A DNA stretch of 64,000 bases from Coleofasciculus chthonoplastes F2-STO-03 (GTDB taxonomy: Bacteria; Cyanobacteriota; Cyanobacteriia; Cyanobacteriales; Coleofasciculaceae), in contig JAVJWO010000047.1 in the NCBI GenBank assembly GCA_040222015.1, forward strand, positions 96,001-160,000, in the 5' to 3' direction. This document shows, piece after piece, positions 39,957 through 51,945 of this stretch (position 1 is the stretch's first letter; every line of letters starts with the position of its first letter). A program made the translations under genes and the position numbers. Under the pieces are notes generated by a model. The model was given only the letters and a program-made list of their open reading frames with translations, did no database searches and was not told the origin of the DNA.

Positions 39957-40784
39957 TCACACTTTGCTGCGGTCAGTTAAAATTTCGTATCCATCTGCTG
40001 TCACCAATACGGTATGCTCAAACTGAGCGGATAGAGCATTATCGACGGTTACGGCAGTCCAACGATCGGATAAGATACGGGTAAACTTGGAACCTGCATT
40101 AATAATCGGTTCAATTGCCAGAGTCATCCCTTCCCGTAACTTCACATTGGGCATTTGCCGAGTGCGGAAGTGAAACACAGAGGGTTCTTCGTGCAGGTTG
40201 CGTCCCACGCCATGACCGGTGAAATCTTCCACCACAAAAAAACTATTGGCGTTAACATGATCTTCGATCGCGCCCGCAATGTCAAGCAAGTAGTTCCCCG
40301 CTTTCACCTGTTCGATTCCTTTATACAGTGCGGTTTCTGCGACTTCTATTAACTTGGCAGCGTTGGGTTTAACATTACCCACGGCAATGGTAATACAGGA
40401 GTCGCCATGGAAGCCTTCATAGTAAGCCCCGGTGTCAACTTTCAGCACATCCCCCGCCCGAATCACCTTTTTCCGACTGGGTATTCCATGCACCACTTCG
40501 TTGTTGAGACAGGAACAGATTGAAGCCGGGAAGCCGTGGTATCCTTTAAAACTAGGTGTTGCTCCCATTTCGCGGATGCGCTTTTCGGCATGAGCATCCA
40601 AATCCGCCGTCGTCATCCCCGGTTTAACCTGTTCGGAAATTTCTTTGAGAACGGTGGCGACTATTTTAGATGCCTGCCGCATAATGGTAAGTTCAGACTC
40701 GGATTTAATTTCTATGCCCCGACGTTGTTTTTTCGGACGAGACGGCTGGGCGGGTTTGGAAAGCAGGTTACTAAGAATATTCAT
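39957..40784 (-). CDS. map: Methionine aminopeptidase type I
   Basis: VVHGIP, GFHGDS, GHGVG..LHEEP, AIEP, AQFEHT. Confidence 0.97.
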   Translation of the reverse strand: MNILSNLLSKPAQPSRPKKQRRGIEIKSESELTIMRQASKIVATVLKEISEQVKPGMTTADLDAHAEKRIREMGATPSFKGYHGFPASICSCLNNEVVHGIPSRKKVIRAGDVLKVDTGAYYEGFHGDSCITIAVGNVKPNAAKLIEVAETALYKGIEQVKAGNYLLDIAGAIEDHVNANSFFVVEDFTGHGVGRNLHEEPSVFHFRTRQMPNVKLREGMTLAIEPIINAGSKFTRILSDRWTAVTVDNALSAQFEHTVLVTADGYEILTDRSKV

Positions 40785-41119
40785 GTAAACGATGAAACCG
40801 AGAATGGGTGAGCGTTATGGGGATATCTCCTTGCCTCTTCCTACCTTGGCAGAAAGCCTGCTGACAAAAAAGGTACGTTCAGGTTTCAATTCCCCGATGT
40901 TGCCGATTCAATCAGTTTCTGTCGGCTGGGCAAGGGTGATCCGGCGACAAAGTTTTATCTTATCATTAGATTAGGCTAACTCCGGCTTATTTGCTAGATA
41001 TCGTGTTAATCAACCCTTCTTTGAATCTGATAAACAGGCACGGCATTGCCGTGCCCCTACGGGTTCGATTCCTTGGGTTATTGAAGTTGATGTCCCCGTT
41101 CCCAATTGTGGTGATAATC

Positions 41120-41734
41120 ATGGTTCAATTCTTACAAAAATCAATAAGTTTCGCTGAATTTATCCAATGGAAGCCAGCCAATAAACGCTATGAACTGCAT
41201 GATGGAGTCATTATTGAAATGCCACAGCCTACAGGTGAACATGAAGACGTTGTAGGATTTTTAGCTGAAAAGCTGACATTAGAATATGTCCGCCTCCAGC
41301 TTCCCTATTCTATTCCCAAAACGGCGCTGGTTAAATCAGCCTCAAGTGAATCGGCTTATTCGCCAGATATCTTGTTGATCAATCGTTTGAATTTGAGCAA
41401 CGAACCCTTGTGGAAAAAAGAGTCTACTTTAATTCTGGCAGCTTCGATTCCTTTGGTGATTGAAGTGGTTAGCAGTAATTGGCGGGATGATTACTACAAA
41501 AAATATGGGGAGTACGAAGGAATAGGAATTCCTGAATACTGGATCGTTGATTATTTGGCTCTGGGCGGTCGTAAATTTATTGGTAATCCGAAACAACCAA
41601 CGGTTTCTATTTATGTTTTAGTGGAGGGAGAATACCAAGTTAGTCAATTTCGAGGGAATGACTGCATCCAGTCAGTTGCTTTCCCTAACTTACAGTTAAC
41701 CGCTGAACAAATATTTCAATCGGTTAGTTGTTAG
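41120..41734 (+). CDS. Uma2 family endonuclease
   Basis: YELHDG, PD, LVIEVVS, GIPEYWIVD; start moved to MVQFLQ. Confidence 0.92.
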   Translation: MVQFLQKSISFAEFIQWKPANKRYELHDGVIIEMPQPTGEHEDVVGFLAEKLTLEYVRLQLPYSIPKTALVKSASSESAYSPDILLINRLNLSNEPLWKKESTLILAASIPLVIEVVSSNWRDDYYKKYGEYEGIGIPEYWIVDYLALGGRKFIGNPKQPTVSIYVLVEGEYQVSQFRGNDCIQSVAFPNLQLTAEQIFQSVSC

Positions 41735-42088
41735 TTCAAGTCAGATATTTTTTCAATCAACCCTTTGAATTTGATAAACAGCTTACAACCCCACCTGTAG
41801 GGGCACGGCAATGCCGTGCCCTTACTCACCCTATAGATGCTGCATCAGTCAAGAAACCTAACGTTTCACCGGAAGTCTAGAAACCTGTATCGGGGCGGGT
41901 TTAGTTATATCTGGGTGCAACCCAAAAGATAGTAGTCAAACCCGCCCCTACACACAGACGCGCCAGTGCCATTCTCTCTAATATGCCATTCAGGGAAAAT
42001 CAGGTTACTATAACTCTATTACAACCCAGCTAAGTTTAACTACATTCCTTTCAATCAAAAAACTTCGATAAAAAAGGACAGATAGCAC

Positions 42089-44443
42089 ATGGCACCCGTT
42101 CAATCTCCCACGCCGAAATACAACGGCTTATATTGTCAATCTCCAGAGGGAAACTCCCTGGTTTTTCCCCTCAAGCATACCGAGGTTGAGGCGAAAATTG
42201 CCGGAAACCTATCACGAGTCGAGGTAACGCAGCGATTTGAGAACCCCTTTACCCAACCCTTAGAAGCCGTCTATGTCTTCCCCTTACCCGATGAAGCCGC
42301 CGTGGATGACATGGAGATTAAAATCGGCGATCGCATAATTAAAGGAACCATTAAAAAACGTGAAGAAGCCCAGCAAATTTACGAACAAGCTAAACAAGAA
42401 GGGCGCACAGCCGGATTACTGGAACAAGAACGTGATAATATCTTTACCCAATCCCTCGCCAATATCAAACCCGGTGAACAAATTGATGTCACGATTCGCT
42501 ATACCAATAGCTTAAACTTTGAACAAGGGGACTATGAATTCGTCTTTCCCATGGTAGTAGGACCCCGATATATCCCCGGTACAACTATTGATGAAAGTGG
42601 CGATACCGATGAAGTCCCCGATGCTTCCAGAATTACACCGCCTATTGTACCCGAAGGAACGCGATCGGCACACGATATCGGTGTTACGGTGGAAATTAAT
42701 GCAGGTGTACCGATTCAAAATGTTCATTCCCCCTCTCATCAGTTGCAGATAGAAACTGAAGGACAAATCGTGCGGGTGCAACTCAGCGGTAATGATACGA
42801 TTCCGAATAAAGACTTAATCCTGAGATATCAAGTCGCGGGAGACAATACCCAAGCCACCGTCTTAACTCAATCTGATCAACGGGGCGGACATTTTGCCCT
42901 TTATTTTATCCCCAGTTTAGATTATCGCCCTGATGAGATTTTTCCCAAGGATGTGGTGTTTCTCATGGACACCTCCGGTTCTCAACAAGGCGCACCCTTG
43001 CACAAATGTCAAGAACTAATGCGACGCTTTATTAATGGGTTAAATCCTGACGATACATTCACAATTCTTGACTTTTCTAATACTGTCCGCCATCTCTCCC
43101 AAACCCCCCTGGCTAATACATCCGAAAATCGGGAATTAGCCATCAATTATATTAATCAATTACACGCCAGTGGTGCCACCGAAATGCTCAGTGGAATTCG
43201 GGCTGCGATTAATGTTCCAGCACCAGAGGGGCGCTTGCGGAGTGTTGTGTTACTCAGTGATGGTTATATTGGCAATGAAAATCGCATTTTAGCCGAGGTT
43301 CAGCAGGAACTTCAACCCGGAAATCGGTTATATAGTTTCGGGGCGGGGAGTTCAGTTAACCGCTTTTTACTCAATCGTATCGCTGAAATTGGACGCGGGA
43401 TTTGTCGGATTATTCGTCACGATGAACCGACAGAAAAAGTGGTAGAAAAGTTTTTCCAATCAATTAATAGTCCCGTGTTAACGACAATTGAACTTAACTG
43501 GAATGGAACCGGAGAAGCGCCGGAAATTTATCCCGCCATCGCCCCCGATTTATTTGCCCAACAGCCTTTAGTGCTATTTGGACGAAAACGCGATCGCATG
43601 GCGGGTGATTTACAGATTAATGGTACTATCGCTGGGGGTGAACGCTATCAAAAGACATTTCACCTCAATTTTAGCGAAACTGGAAATCCAGCCCTTGCTC
43701 AATTGTGGGGACGAGCGCGGATTAAAGACTTGATGAATCAAATGGTTACTTATGAAACTAAATCGGGAGTTGAGGCAGTAACCGATACGGCATTAACCTA
43801 TCAGTTATTGTGTCAATATACGGCGTTTGTTGCCGTTAGTGATGATGTGCGGGTAGAACCGGGAAGCCAATCGATTTCCATGAATGTTCCCGTGGAAATG
43901 GCAGAAGATGTTAGTTATCGAGGCGTTTTCGGTAAAGCAGCACCTCGTCGTTCACTGTCAATTCAATCACAACGACGAGCCTATTCAGCCAGTGCGCCAG
44001 GTATGTCCCTTGAACTCACCACGGAATTTGATGCCATGTATTCGATGAAACCAGATGAGGAGAAAAACCCGACATTTTCATCTAAGGAAATGGTCAGTAA
44101 AGGGATCGATGCAGTTCAACAAAAGTTAGGTCAAAAGCCTTCGTCTCCAGCCGCTAATAATACCCAGTTAGAAGTAGTTAGCGTCACTGGATTGGAGCAA
44201 GCTGACACCCTTTCATTGACCCAATATTTGCAACATAAGAATTTACCCGCTAATTTGAGTGGTGAAATCGTCTTCGAGTTTATTCTAACTAAAGGGCGCG
44301 TCGGGCGGATTATGTTAAATGAGGAAGCTTCAACCTTGAAAACGGCAAATGTGATTGAGTTAATTAAGCGAAGTTTGATCAAGTGGCGTCCTTCTCAATC
44401 CGTTAGTAGTACCGTGGTGTTAAGATTGCGAATTCAGTCGTAG
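42089..44443 (+). CDS. VIT + vWA domain protein
   Basis: EAVYVFPLP VIT domain; MIDAS DTSGS, LSDG. Confidence 0.92.
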   Translation: MAPVQSPTPKYNGLYCQSPEGNSLVFPLKHTEVEAKIAGNLSRVEVTQRFENPFTQPLEAVYVFPLPDEAAVDDMEIKIGDRIIKGTIKKREEAQQIYEQAKQEGRTAGLLEQERDNIFTQSLANIKPGEQIDVTIRYTNSLNFEQGDYEFVFPMVVGPRYIPGTTIDESGDTDEVPDASRITPPIVPEGTRSAHDIGVTVEINAGVPIQNVHSPSHQLQIETEGQIVRVQLSGNDTIPNKDLILRYQVAGDNTQATVLTQSDQRGGHFALYFIPSLDYRPDEIFPKDVVFLMDTSGSQQGAPLHKCQELMRRFINGLNPDDTFTILDFSNTVRHLSQTPLANTSENRELAINYINQLHASGATEMLSGIRAAINVPAPEGRLRSVVLLSDGYIGNENRILAEVQQELQPGNRLYSFGAGSSVNRFLLNRIAEIGRGICRIIRHDEPTEKVVEKFFQSINSPVLTTIELNWNGTGEAPEIYPAIAPDLFAQQPLVLFGRKRDRMAGDLQINGTIAGGERYQKTFHLNFSETGNPALAQLWGRARIKDLMNQMVTYETKSGVEAVTDTALTYQLLCQYTAFVAVSDDVRVEPGSQSISMNVPVEMAEDVSYRGVFGKAAPRRSLSIQSQRRAYSASAPGMSLELTTEFDAMYSMKPDEEKNPTFSSKEMVSKGIDAVQQKLGQKPSSPAANNTQLEVVSVTGLEQADTLSLTQYLQHKNLPANLSGEIVFEFILTKGRVGRIMLNEEASTLKTANVIELIKRSLIKWRPSQSVSSTVVLRLRIQS

Positions 44444-44524
44444 GATTTAGCTGAATCAAACAGCAAACTGTAGGGGCGCATGGCGTGCGCCCATAAAATT
44501 GACAAATCTAATCCACAATTGTAG

Positions 44525-45346
44525 CTATTCCAACTGTAAAAACTTCTCCAACGCCATCACCATCGCGGGGGGCCAACGGCGGATATTTTCCACCCAATCG
44601 ATGTCTTTATAGCGCTGATCTAACCCGATCGCAGCTACCCAGTTACTCTCGGCTTCTCCTTGATTCCCGTTAACCCACAAGGCGGCGGTGAGTGAGGCGC
44701 GGACATCGGGAAATTGGGGATATTTGCGGATTAGTTTGCGGAGTTCCAGGATTGCCTCTTTTTTCTCGCCAATTTGATAGAGGGCGAGGGCGTGGTTAGC
44801 CCGGGCGAAGGCAAAATCCGGGGATAAATCAATGGCTATCTGGTAATTCGCGATCGCGGCTTCCCATTCTCCCTTTCCCGCTTTAGCGTTTCCCAGGTTG
44901 TTGTACGCCATCGCGTCATCGGGGTTAATCTGCAATACCTGTCGATAATCTGCGATCGCATGATCCCATTCTCCCTTTCCTTCATAAGCTGTCCCCCGGT
45001 TCAAATAGGGATCAGGTGCGTTAGGCGCTAACTGAATCGATTGATTAAAATCTGCGATCGCTTCGTCTAATTTATTCTGACTGACTCTGGCATTTCCCCG
45101 ATTACTCCAGCCTACGGGATTATTGGGTAAAAGTTCAATCAGTTGTGTCCAATACGCTTCAGCCGTGGCAAACTCACCCAGTTGTGTCGCCGTAAACGCT
45201 TTTTGCCGCAATTCGTTGAGCCGCTCAATCTGAGCCTGGGTTAAATCAGGGATTTGGGCTTGTGCCATCACTGATGGCGTTATCCACAATCCAGAGCATA
45301 CCAGCACTAGCACGATACCGAATAAACTGACAATCCAACGTTTCAT
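44525..45346 (-). CDS. TPR-repeat exported protein
   Basis: Signal-like N-terminus, repeated NRG/NLG TPR units, RRWPP tail. Confidence 0.9.
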   Translation of the reverse strand: MKRWIVSLFGIVLVLVCSGLWITPSVMAQAQIPDLTQAQIERLNELRQKAFTATQLGEFATAEAYWTQLIELLPNNPVGWSNRGNARVSQNKLDEAIADFNQSIQLAPNAPDPYLNRGTAYEGKGEWDHAIADYRQVLQINPDDAMAYNNLGNAKAGKGEWEAAIANYQIAIDLSPDFAFARANHALALYQIGEKKEAILELRKLIRKYPQFPDVRASLTAALWVNGNQGEAESNWVAAIGLDQRYKDIDWVENIRRWPPAMVMALEKFLQLE

Positions 45347-45934
45347 GAGAATGTTCAAATCACAGAGGCTATTGATCACTGTACAAGCAATTGGCTCCCC
45401 CATCTCCCCCAGCTCCCAGACGCGCCATGGCACGTCTCTACATTGCTGCCCCAGCTCCCCCATCTCCCCCAAACTCCTTTTCACTCTATCTTTACGGATT
45501 TCTCACACACTCTTTACACACACGCTACTGAAACCAGTCGTCGCCTCTGTAAAAAGGAACATACCCAAATAAATTGATAGTCTTTCTCAACAAACTTTGA
45601 TTAGCTTAAGACTATTTCCCTGAGGGGCATTGGGTAAATTGAATTGAGAAAATGCGAATGAGTTATCAAGAAATCCGCTGGTGGACAATCGCTGTTTTAG
45701 AGATTGCGATACTGGTGAGTTCGCCGTTCTTAATCCGTATATTTTATCACTTGCCGTAATCTGGAATAACAATACCCCATTGAATTTCAGCTCTGAAACT
45801 ACTGTGTGGACATACCAAACCACTCTTGGTACAACCCTTGGTATGTCCCATCTTTCATCAACTTTAATAATGTCAAATTTTAGATTTTAGCATTTTAAAT
45901 TCACTAAAATCTAAAATCTTTGTTCAAAGAGCCG

Positions 45935-46375
45935 TTAGCTTACCAGCTTTATCCCTCTTACATTAGCGTCCATTAAATAGACTTTACTCAACTTTGCCCC
46001 CCTCAAATCAGCACCTCTGAGATTAACTCGGCTCAATTTGACCCCCCTCAAATCAGTACCTCTTAAATCAGCATCCGTTAAATCGGCACCCTTAAAGTCT
46101 GCATTTCTCAAATCTGCGCCCCTGAGATCAGCACCGATTAAATCAGCCGCTAGCAATTCAGCACCCCTGAGTTGGGCGCGGGTCAATTTGGCGTAGCTGA
46201 GGTTGGCTAAGCTGAGGTCAGCACCATTGAGATTAGCGCCCCGTAAGTCTGCTTCACTCAAGTCAGCGCCATTCAGGTCAGTCCTTTCGAGGATAGCACC
46301 CCGCAGGTTAGCCGCCGTTAGATCCCTGCCACTGAGGTCTTTTCCACTTAGATTGATCTTCACAGGCTTTTCCAT
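45935..46375 (-). CDS. Pentapeptide repeat protein
   Basis: A(D/N)LxG repeats. Confidence 0.92.
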   Translation of the reverse strand: MEKPVKINLSGKDLSGRDLTAANLRGAILERTDLNGADLSEADLRGANLNGADLSLANLSYAKLTRAQLRGAELLAADLIGADLRGADLRNADFKGADLTDADLRGTDLRGVKLSRVNLRGADLRGAKLSKVYLMDANVRGIKLVS

Positions 46376-46656
46376 GGTTTTGTTATACAGGCTTATCTTT
46401 AATTGTTATTCATCCCTAGGGATATATTTCATCAGCCATCTGTCGCAAATGGCTTCAGTAAAATTGCTGAATATTTTGAATCTAGGGGAATTGAGTGGCT
46501 GAAGAGGAGAGATTTTAAATTAATGAAATCTTAAGGATAAGTAAACCCGCTTAAGCGCCAAACTCAGCTCTTGCACTCCTTCTAAGAGTTTAGACGGATT
46601 CATAATTTTTTCTAATCACATCAATAAGGAAAGAGTTGGCAGCTTAACGGTAATCG

Positions 46657-47301
46657 TCACTCTGATGGTTGATCACTAATTGATACATCTTTGATTTTGC
46701 GGGACTCCAACCAAATTGAAACTCCTATCCAAGCAATCACCAACAGTAGTACCGCGATGCCAAATTTCGCCATCCAAGAGACTAGAGTTTCTAGGGGAAT
46801 AATCCGTCCCACAAAGAAGGATAAACTGACCATAACGGATGCCCACACAGCAGCCCCCGCTAGGTTACACAAGAAAAATTGAGAGTAGGGCATTTCTGCA
46901 ATTCCTGCCATCGGTCCAGCAAAGATGCGTAGGAGTGCCACAAATCGTCCAAAAAACACCGCTCTAGCGGCATTTTCACTAAACTGGCGTTTGACTTCTA
47001 CAAGCTGGGGTTCTGGAATGCGAAAGAAACCTCCTAATCGCAATAAGAATGACCAACCGCCTATTTTGCCAATCCAATATCCACAATTATCACCCAGGAC
47101 AGCTCCAGTAATGGCAGTTGCCAGCACAAACCAATAATTGAGTTCACCACTTCCAGCTAAGAAACCACCTACCAGAGTAATGGTTTCGCCAGGGAGGGGA
47201 ACTCCAGTATTTTCCAAAGCAATCCCAGAGAAAATAACCCAATAGCCGTACTGATGTGCCAGTTCCTGGATTGTCTCCAGTGATAACAGCTCAAAAGACA
47301 T
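46657..47301 (-). CDS. DedA family membrane protein
   Basis: LENTGVPLPGE, GDNCGYWIG, GRFVALLR. Confidence 0.93.
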   Translation of the reverse strand: MSFELLSLETIQELAHQYGYWVIFSGIALENTGVPLPGETITLVGGFLAGSGELNYWFVLATAITGAVLGDNCGYWIGKIGGWSFLLRLGGFFRIPEPQLVEVKRQFSENAARAVFFGRFVALLRIFAGPMAGIAEMPYSQFFLCNLAGAAVWASVMVSLSFFVGRIIPLETLVSWMAKFGIAVLLLVIAWIGVSIWLESRKIKDVSISDQPSE

Positions 47302-47608
47302 CCAGTAAACCCTTTACAAAAATTTATCACCTATCACATTTTCACGTATTTTGGCAAATTATGTCAACTCGAACAGGACTTACGCCCTAAGGTTATCGGT
47401 TGAGACAAGGTATGGGATGGGGTGTGTGGCATGATACAGTAGGGGCGCAAAGACTTGCTTGCGCCCGATTTAACTGTAGGGGCGCAAAGACTTGCGCCAA
47501 GTCTTAGCTTGTTCGATGACTTTAGGGCTACTAAAAACCCAGACCTCAGCTCTTAGCAGGTCTGGGTAGTTTATTATGTCAAAAGCGAAGTTGTTTTGAT
47601 ACAACTCC

Positions 47609-47857
47609 TCAAGTTGGCACCAACTCACCTGGACGCAGTTTTGCCCATTTGCCCATTTCTTCCTTAAAGCTGTTACATCCGACGACATCCCATTCCATCT
47701 CGACAAAATCCGCTTGAGGACGGATGTTGACATTGATGGTTGGTTCAATCGGCTCAAAATCTGGCGTTTCCGTCAGATGGGGTTGCTGATGCTGGGTTTC
47801 CACGGCATTATAGGTGGTGCATCGGTCTACATAGTGGCAGTTAACGCAAATACACAT
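47609..47857 (-). CDS. ycf34: Ycf34 family protein
   Basis: MCICVNCHYVDRC...EWDVVGC. Confidence 0.92.
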   Translation of the reverse strand: MCICVNCHYVDRCTTYNAVETQHQQPHLTETPDFEPIEPTINVNIRPQADFVEMEWDVVGCNSFKEEMGKWAKLRPGELVPT

Positions 47858-47983
47858 TGCCCAAACTCCAAGTCCTTTTTGTTAGCCTAGCTTAGACCAG
47901 CCCTAGATTGACCACTATTTAAATGGATTTTTTGATTTGTCCGATGTCATTCGTCCTTTGTCCCCCAGTATTCGTTACTCACG

Positions 47984-49225
47984 ATGAATTCTGACTTATC
48001 GGTTCTGTCTCCTGAAAGGTTTCCCTTCAGTCTAGAGTGGCTACCGCCTCAAGCCTGCTTAGTCGGTGGTGCGGTACGAGATGCGTTGCTGGGGCGACAG
48101 GCTGACTATTTGGATTTGGACTTTGTGGTTCCCCATGACGCGGTGAACATCGCCCGTAAGCTGGCAAGTCATTACCAAGCTGGGTTTGTGGTGCTGGATG
48201 AAGCGCGACAGATTGCCAGAGTTGTTTTTGATACCGCCACGGTTGACATCGCTCAACAGCAAGGGGAAACCCTACAGACTGACCTGTATCGACGTGATTT
48301 TACCATTAATGCGATCGCGTATAATCCCCAGACCCAGCAAATTATTGATCCGTTGCAAGGTGTAGCCGATTGTCGTGCAGGTATAATCCGCATGGTATCC
48401 CCGGCGAATCTCCAGGATGATCCCTTACGATTACTGCGGGCTTATCGTCAAGCTGCTCAACTGGGTTTTACGATAGAACCCACCACTCAATCCACAATTC
48501 GCCAATTTGCTCCCTTCCTGGCAAACATGGCAGCCGAACGAGTACAAGTTGAATTAAACTACCTACTGCAATCGCCTCAAGGAACACCTTGGCTTACCGC
48601 CGCTTGGCAGGATCAATTACTTTACCATTGGTTTCCTGATACAAAGGCTGATAACTTCACCCAAATCGCTGCAACGGATAACGCCGCGATTCTAGTGGCT
48701 CAAACATGGCAGACATTAGCCAGCCAACTGAAAACCCCAGTCAGTGGCAAATCCTTATCGTGGTTGAGTTTAGCGAAATTGACGAACGTATTACCCTCTG
48801 AGGTTGAACCAGCAGAAGCCCAACTTTTACGGTTAAAATACAGCCGCGCCGAAATTCGGGCAGTGTTGATTATGATTCAATACTTACCCCAACTTTTATC
48901 TCATATCACCTCACCCATGAGCTTAAGAGAGCAGTATTTTTTCTTTCAAAATGTCGGCTCAGTTTTCCCCGCTTTAGCGGTTCTAGCCATTGCCGAAGGA
49001 CTATCTGTTGAGTCAATCGCTCCCTTAATTCATCGTTATTTAAACCCAGAGGATCAAGTCGCTCATCCGACTCCCTTAGTCAAGGGTCATGATTTGATGC
49101 AACAGTTAAAGTTACCACCGAGTCCTCAAATTGGCGAGTTACTCACAGAGATTCAAATTGCCAGGATTGAAGGCAAAGTTTCGACTCGTGACAAGGCGTT
49201 AGCATTTGCCAAGCGACTTCTATAA
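47984..49225 (+). CDS. tRNA nucleotidyltransferase/poly(A) polymerase family
   Basis: VGGAVRD, DLD, RRDFTINA, DDPLRLLR. Confidence 0.93.
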   Translation: MNSDLSVLSPERFPFSLEWLPPQACLVGGAVRDALLGRQADYLDLDFVVPHDAVNIARKLASHYQAGFVVLDEARQIARVVFDTATVDIAQQQGETLQTDLYRRDFTINAIAYNPQTQQIIDPLQGVADCRAGIIRMVSPANLQDDPLRLLRAYRQAAQLGFTIEPTTQSTIRQFAPFLANMAAERVQVELNYLLQSPQGTPWLTAAWQDQLLYHWFPDTKADNFTQIAATDNAAILVAQTWQTLASQLKTPVSGKSLSWLSLAKLTNVLPSEVEPAEAQLLRLKYSRAEIRAVLIMIQYLPQLLSHITSPMSLREQYFFFQNVGSVFPALAVLAIAEGLSVESIAPLIHRYLNPEDQVAHPTPLVKGHDLMQQLKLPPSPQIGELLTEIQIARIEGKVSTRDKALAFAKRLL

Positions 49226-49550
49226 ATTAGGACACGATGGTATCGTGTCCCTACCGAATCAATTAAGCTGTTCGGCATTTAAACCTTAATGTCAATAATG
49301 ACGAAAGGATGGTAGTGCGTTAAGCGAAGCCATGCCGCAGGCTTTGCATCTTGCTCGCTACTAATACCCAATTTAAATGCATGACAGCTTATCCCTAAGC
49401 TGCGGTAGGCTTGTAGTAGGGAACCTTAGCCCTATATTCTATAGCAACCGCCACGCCAATTAAATCGGGCGCACGTCGGTGCGCCCCTACAGTGTTTGGA
49501 TGTAAGCGTTATCCACTACATTAGTTGTGCCACTCCATTTCCCTTGTTTC

Positions 49551-50405
49551 CTAGCTGACTAACTTTAAACCATGATGCCGTTCGCTATCTTCCTCAACCG
49601 TATTTTGAACAGTATACTGATTTGACTGTAGCGCCTGTCGCATGGAGATAATTTGTGCCATCATTTGTTCGAGTTGATGGTCTATTTTCTCAACGTCTGA
49701 GGGTGTTGGCGATGACGGTTGTGCATCTTGGGCTGGGGTATTACCGAAGACAGCTTGAGCTGATGCTAAGGATACTGCGAGTGCTTGCATCGAGTTCACT
49801 TGAGCGGAGGTAATCGGTTGCTCGCTAATAACCTGCGGTTCCACTGGCAGCGTCTCAATCACATCTACTGGTGCTGAATTCGCTTGAGACGATATCTGTT
49901 CCTCTAATGCGGTTTGCAACGATACTTCTTCTATCTCTGGAGTGTCTTGCTCCATCGCGTTTACGGGTGCAGGTGTCTGAGTGTTTTGATTTACGGTTGT
50001 ACTGGTTAATTCTGTCGCCTGTTTATCCAACCAGTTTTGTAGCCCAGAAGCATCTAACTGAGATTGTGAGCTTCTGATGTTATCCAGCAGTTTTTGCTTT
50101 TCGTCTAAAGTCTGGGTTAATTGGGCAAGTTTTTGTTCGACGACAGCCGATTTCCGATTTGACTGTTGCCACCCCATCATCGCTACACTTGTGAGTCCCA
50201 TACCTGCGCTCAGTAAGCCCGCTACCCCTAGATACTGAGGTGCAAAGTCTTTCAATTCGCCAAAAAAAAGCGGTTCTTCTTGAACTTGAACCGTCACAGG
50301 TTTGGAACCGAATAGATTGAGGGGTAGAGTCAAGGTTGCAAATACGGCTGCTGAAAGTGCCACGGGTGTAAGAATGAATTTGATGGCAGTTGCACTGGTT
50401 GTCAT
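49551..50405 (-). CDS. Hypothetical membrane protein with coiled coil
   Basis: 284-aa ORF with two N-terminal hydrophobic segments. Confidence 0.7.
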   Translation of the reverse strand: MTTSATAIKFILTPVALSAAVFATLTLPLNLFGSKPVTVQVQEEPLFFGELKDFAPQYLGVAGLLSAGMGLTSVAMMGWQQSNRKSAVVEQKLAQLTQTLDEKQKLLDNIRSSQSQLDASGLQNWLDKQATELTSTTVNQNTQTPAPVNAMEQDTPEIEEVSLQTALEEQISSQANSAPVDVIETLPVEPQVISEQPITSAQVNSMQALAVSLASAQAVFGNTPAQDAQPSSPTPSDVEKIDHQLEQMMAQIISMRQALQSNQYTVQNTVEEDSERHHGLKLVS

Positions 50406-50785
50406 TGGTAGTTCCCTCTAAAAGTTACCTGCGTTTGTGGTGATACCTAAGATGTATCAGCCGTGTTCAACGGTTTTGCAGATTACCCCTGTTTATGAAT
50501 TAACGGCTTTAACCCCGAAAGGAGTATGAAGTTGTAGTGCACCTGATCTTAAAGAGCAGTTCCTTGGAGCCGTATAAAGTTCATCGGATAGATGAATGCT
50601 TTATGTACTTGATTTGAGTTTGCTCTCTCTTTTACTTAATTTAATATAAATTTCGCTAATTGTATATAAAGCTTTTATGAAGAATTTATTCAGGGTATAA
50701 ATACCCAATGAATTTATTTTCACAGAGAAAAAATTTCATGATGTTTTTTTCGGAAACCCGCCCTTACCAAACTGGGCAGGTTTAG

Positions 50786-51862
50786 TCATATCTGGGTGCA
50801 GCAAGAAAGGATAGTAATCAAACCTGCCCCGACAACACTTATGACTTGATCGGGCAAGGAAAGTTGCCGCAATTGTTGATTTATCTTAACGGCTGCGGCT
50901 AATCCAGACTTCATCGCACTTTCAATTAAATTATTCCCACACCAATCGCCACAACAGACGAGGGGTAAGGGTGTAGTTGTCACCAGACAATCTTTATCGG
51001 CGGGAGTTCTGGGAAAGGCATAGCGCCAGCGATGGATTTGGAACCAATCTGGAGTCTTGAGCCAAGGAACGAGGATTTGAGCCGCATGAGTGAGTAACTG
51101 TTGACCCGCTTCCTGTAAATCGGCAGCCTCTAGATAATGTTGAGCAAATTCAGCCGTACTATGAAACACATAGATTGGTGAAGTCGAATCAGACCGTTTA
51201 CTGCTATCTAAACCAATCCAGGCTAAATTATCATCGGGTGAACAGTTGATCGAGCCTGACGTTAATGGCGGTTGCTGGGGATTAGAATAACCCGCCATGA
51301 TACTTAAACAGGGGTTAAATTCCACTGCCCCTAGACTCTCTAAGAAATTAGAGGGGAACTCTTTTTCTAGGGGTTCCAGCACTGTTAACGCTTGGGGGGC
51401 GGGAATCGCCATAACCACGGCGGCGGCGGTTAAGTTGTTGTCAGTTTTCTCAGGTGTATGATAGGTAATCTGCCAGGTTTGTTCAGGAGTTGGCGCGATC
51501 GCACAGACGCGACAGGAGAAGCGGATATCTAAATTATGAGCCAGATATTTGGCAATAGCGGTCATGCCTGTGGGGGCGACATACCGAGGAGATGGGCATT
51601 CAGACTGATCTTGATTATCCATCCACAGGTGCAGAATGCCGCGATCGCACAATGTCTCAATTAGTTGCTGGGATAACTTGCCCTTCGCCTCTAGAAACGG
51701 CACACCATGATCCACAGGGGTTCCCTGAATGCGTCGAGTTGCCACTCGCCCACCAACGCCACGAGACTTTTCTAAGACAACAACTCGATACCCAGCTTGG
51801 TACAATTGTTGAGCGCAGGTTAGTCCTGCCATACCTGCACCGATAATCGCAATATCAAACAC
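50786..51862 (-). CDS. Renalase-like NAD/FAD-dependent oxidoreductase
   Basis: IGAGMAG, EKSRGVGGR, DHG, HRWRYA, CGDW; GTG start after AGGAG. Confidence 0.9.
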   Translation of the reverse strand: MFDIAIIGAGMAGLTCAQQLYQAGYRVVVLEKSRGVGGRVATRRIQGTPVDHGVPFLEAKGKLSQQLIETLCDRGILHLWMDNQDQSECPSPRYVAPTGMTAIAKYLAHNLDIRFSCRVCAIAPTPEQTWQITYHTPEKTDNNLTAAAVVMAIPAPQALTVLEPLEKEFPSNFLESLGAVEFNPCLSIMAGYSNPQQPPLTSGSINCSPDDNLAWIGLDSSKRSDSTSPIYVFHSTAEFAQHYLEAADLQEAGQQLLTHAAQILVPWLKTPDWFQIHRWRYAFPRTPADKDCLVTTTPLPLVCCGDWCGNNLIESAMKSGLAAAVKINQQLRQLSLPDQVISVVGAGLITILSCCTQI

Positions 51863-51945
51863 TACAGAATCTCCTGTCCGGTTGATGCTTAGTATACAGG
51901 TAGAATAGAGAACAGTAGGGCTTATAGGGGTTGGAGGGAATACCA

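Noticed and set aside
45347..45890. Short ORFs and the MKRSLGEMGELG extension of the TPR gene
   Set aside because: These derive from repeat/REP sequence or AT-rich intergenic DNA with no recognisable motifs.
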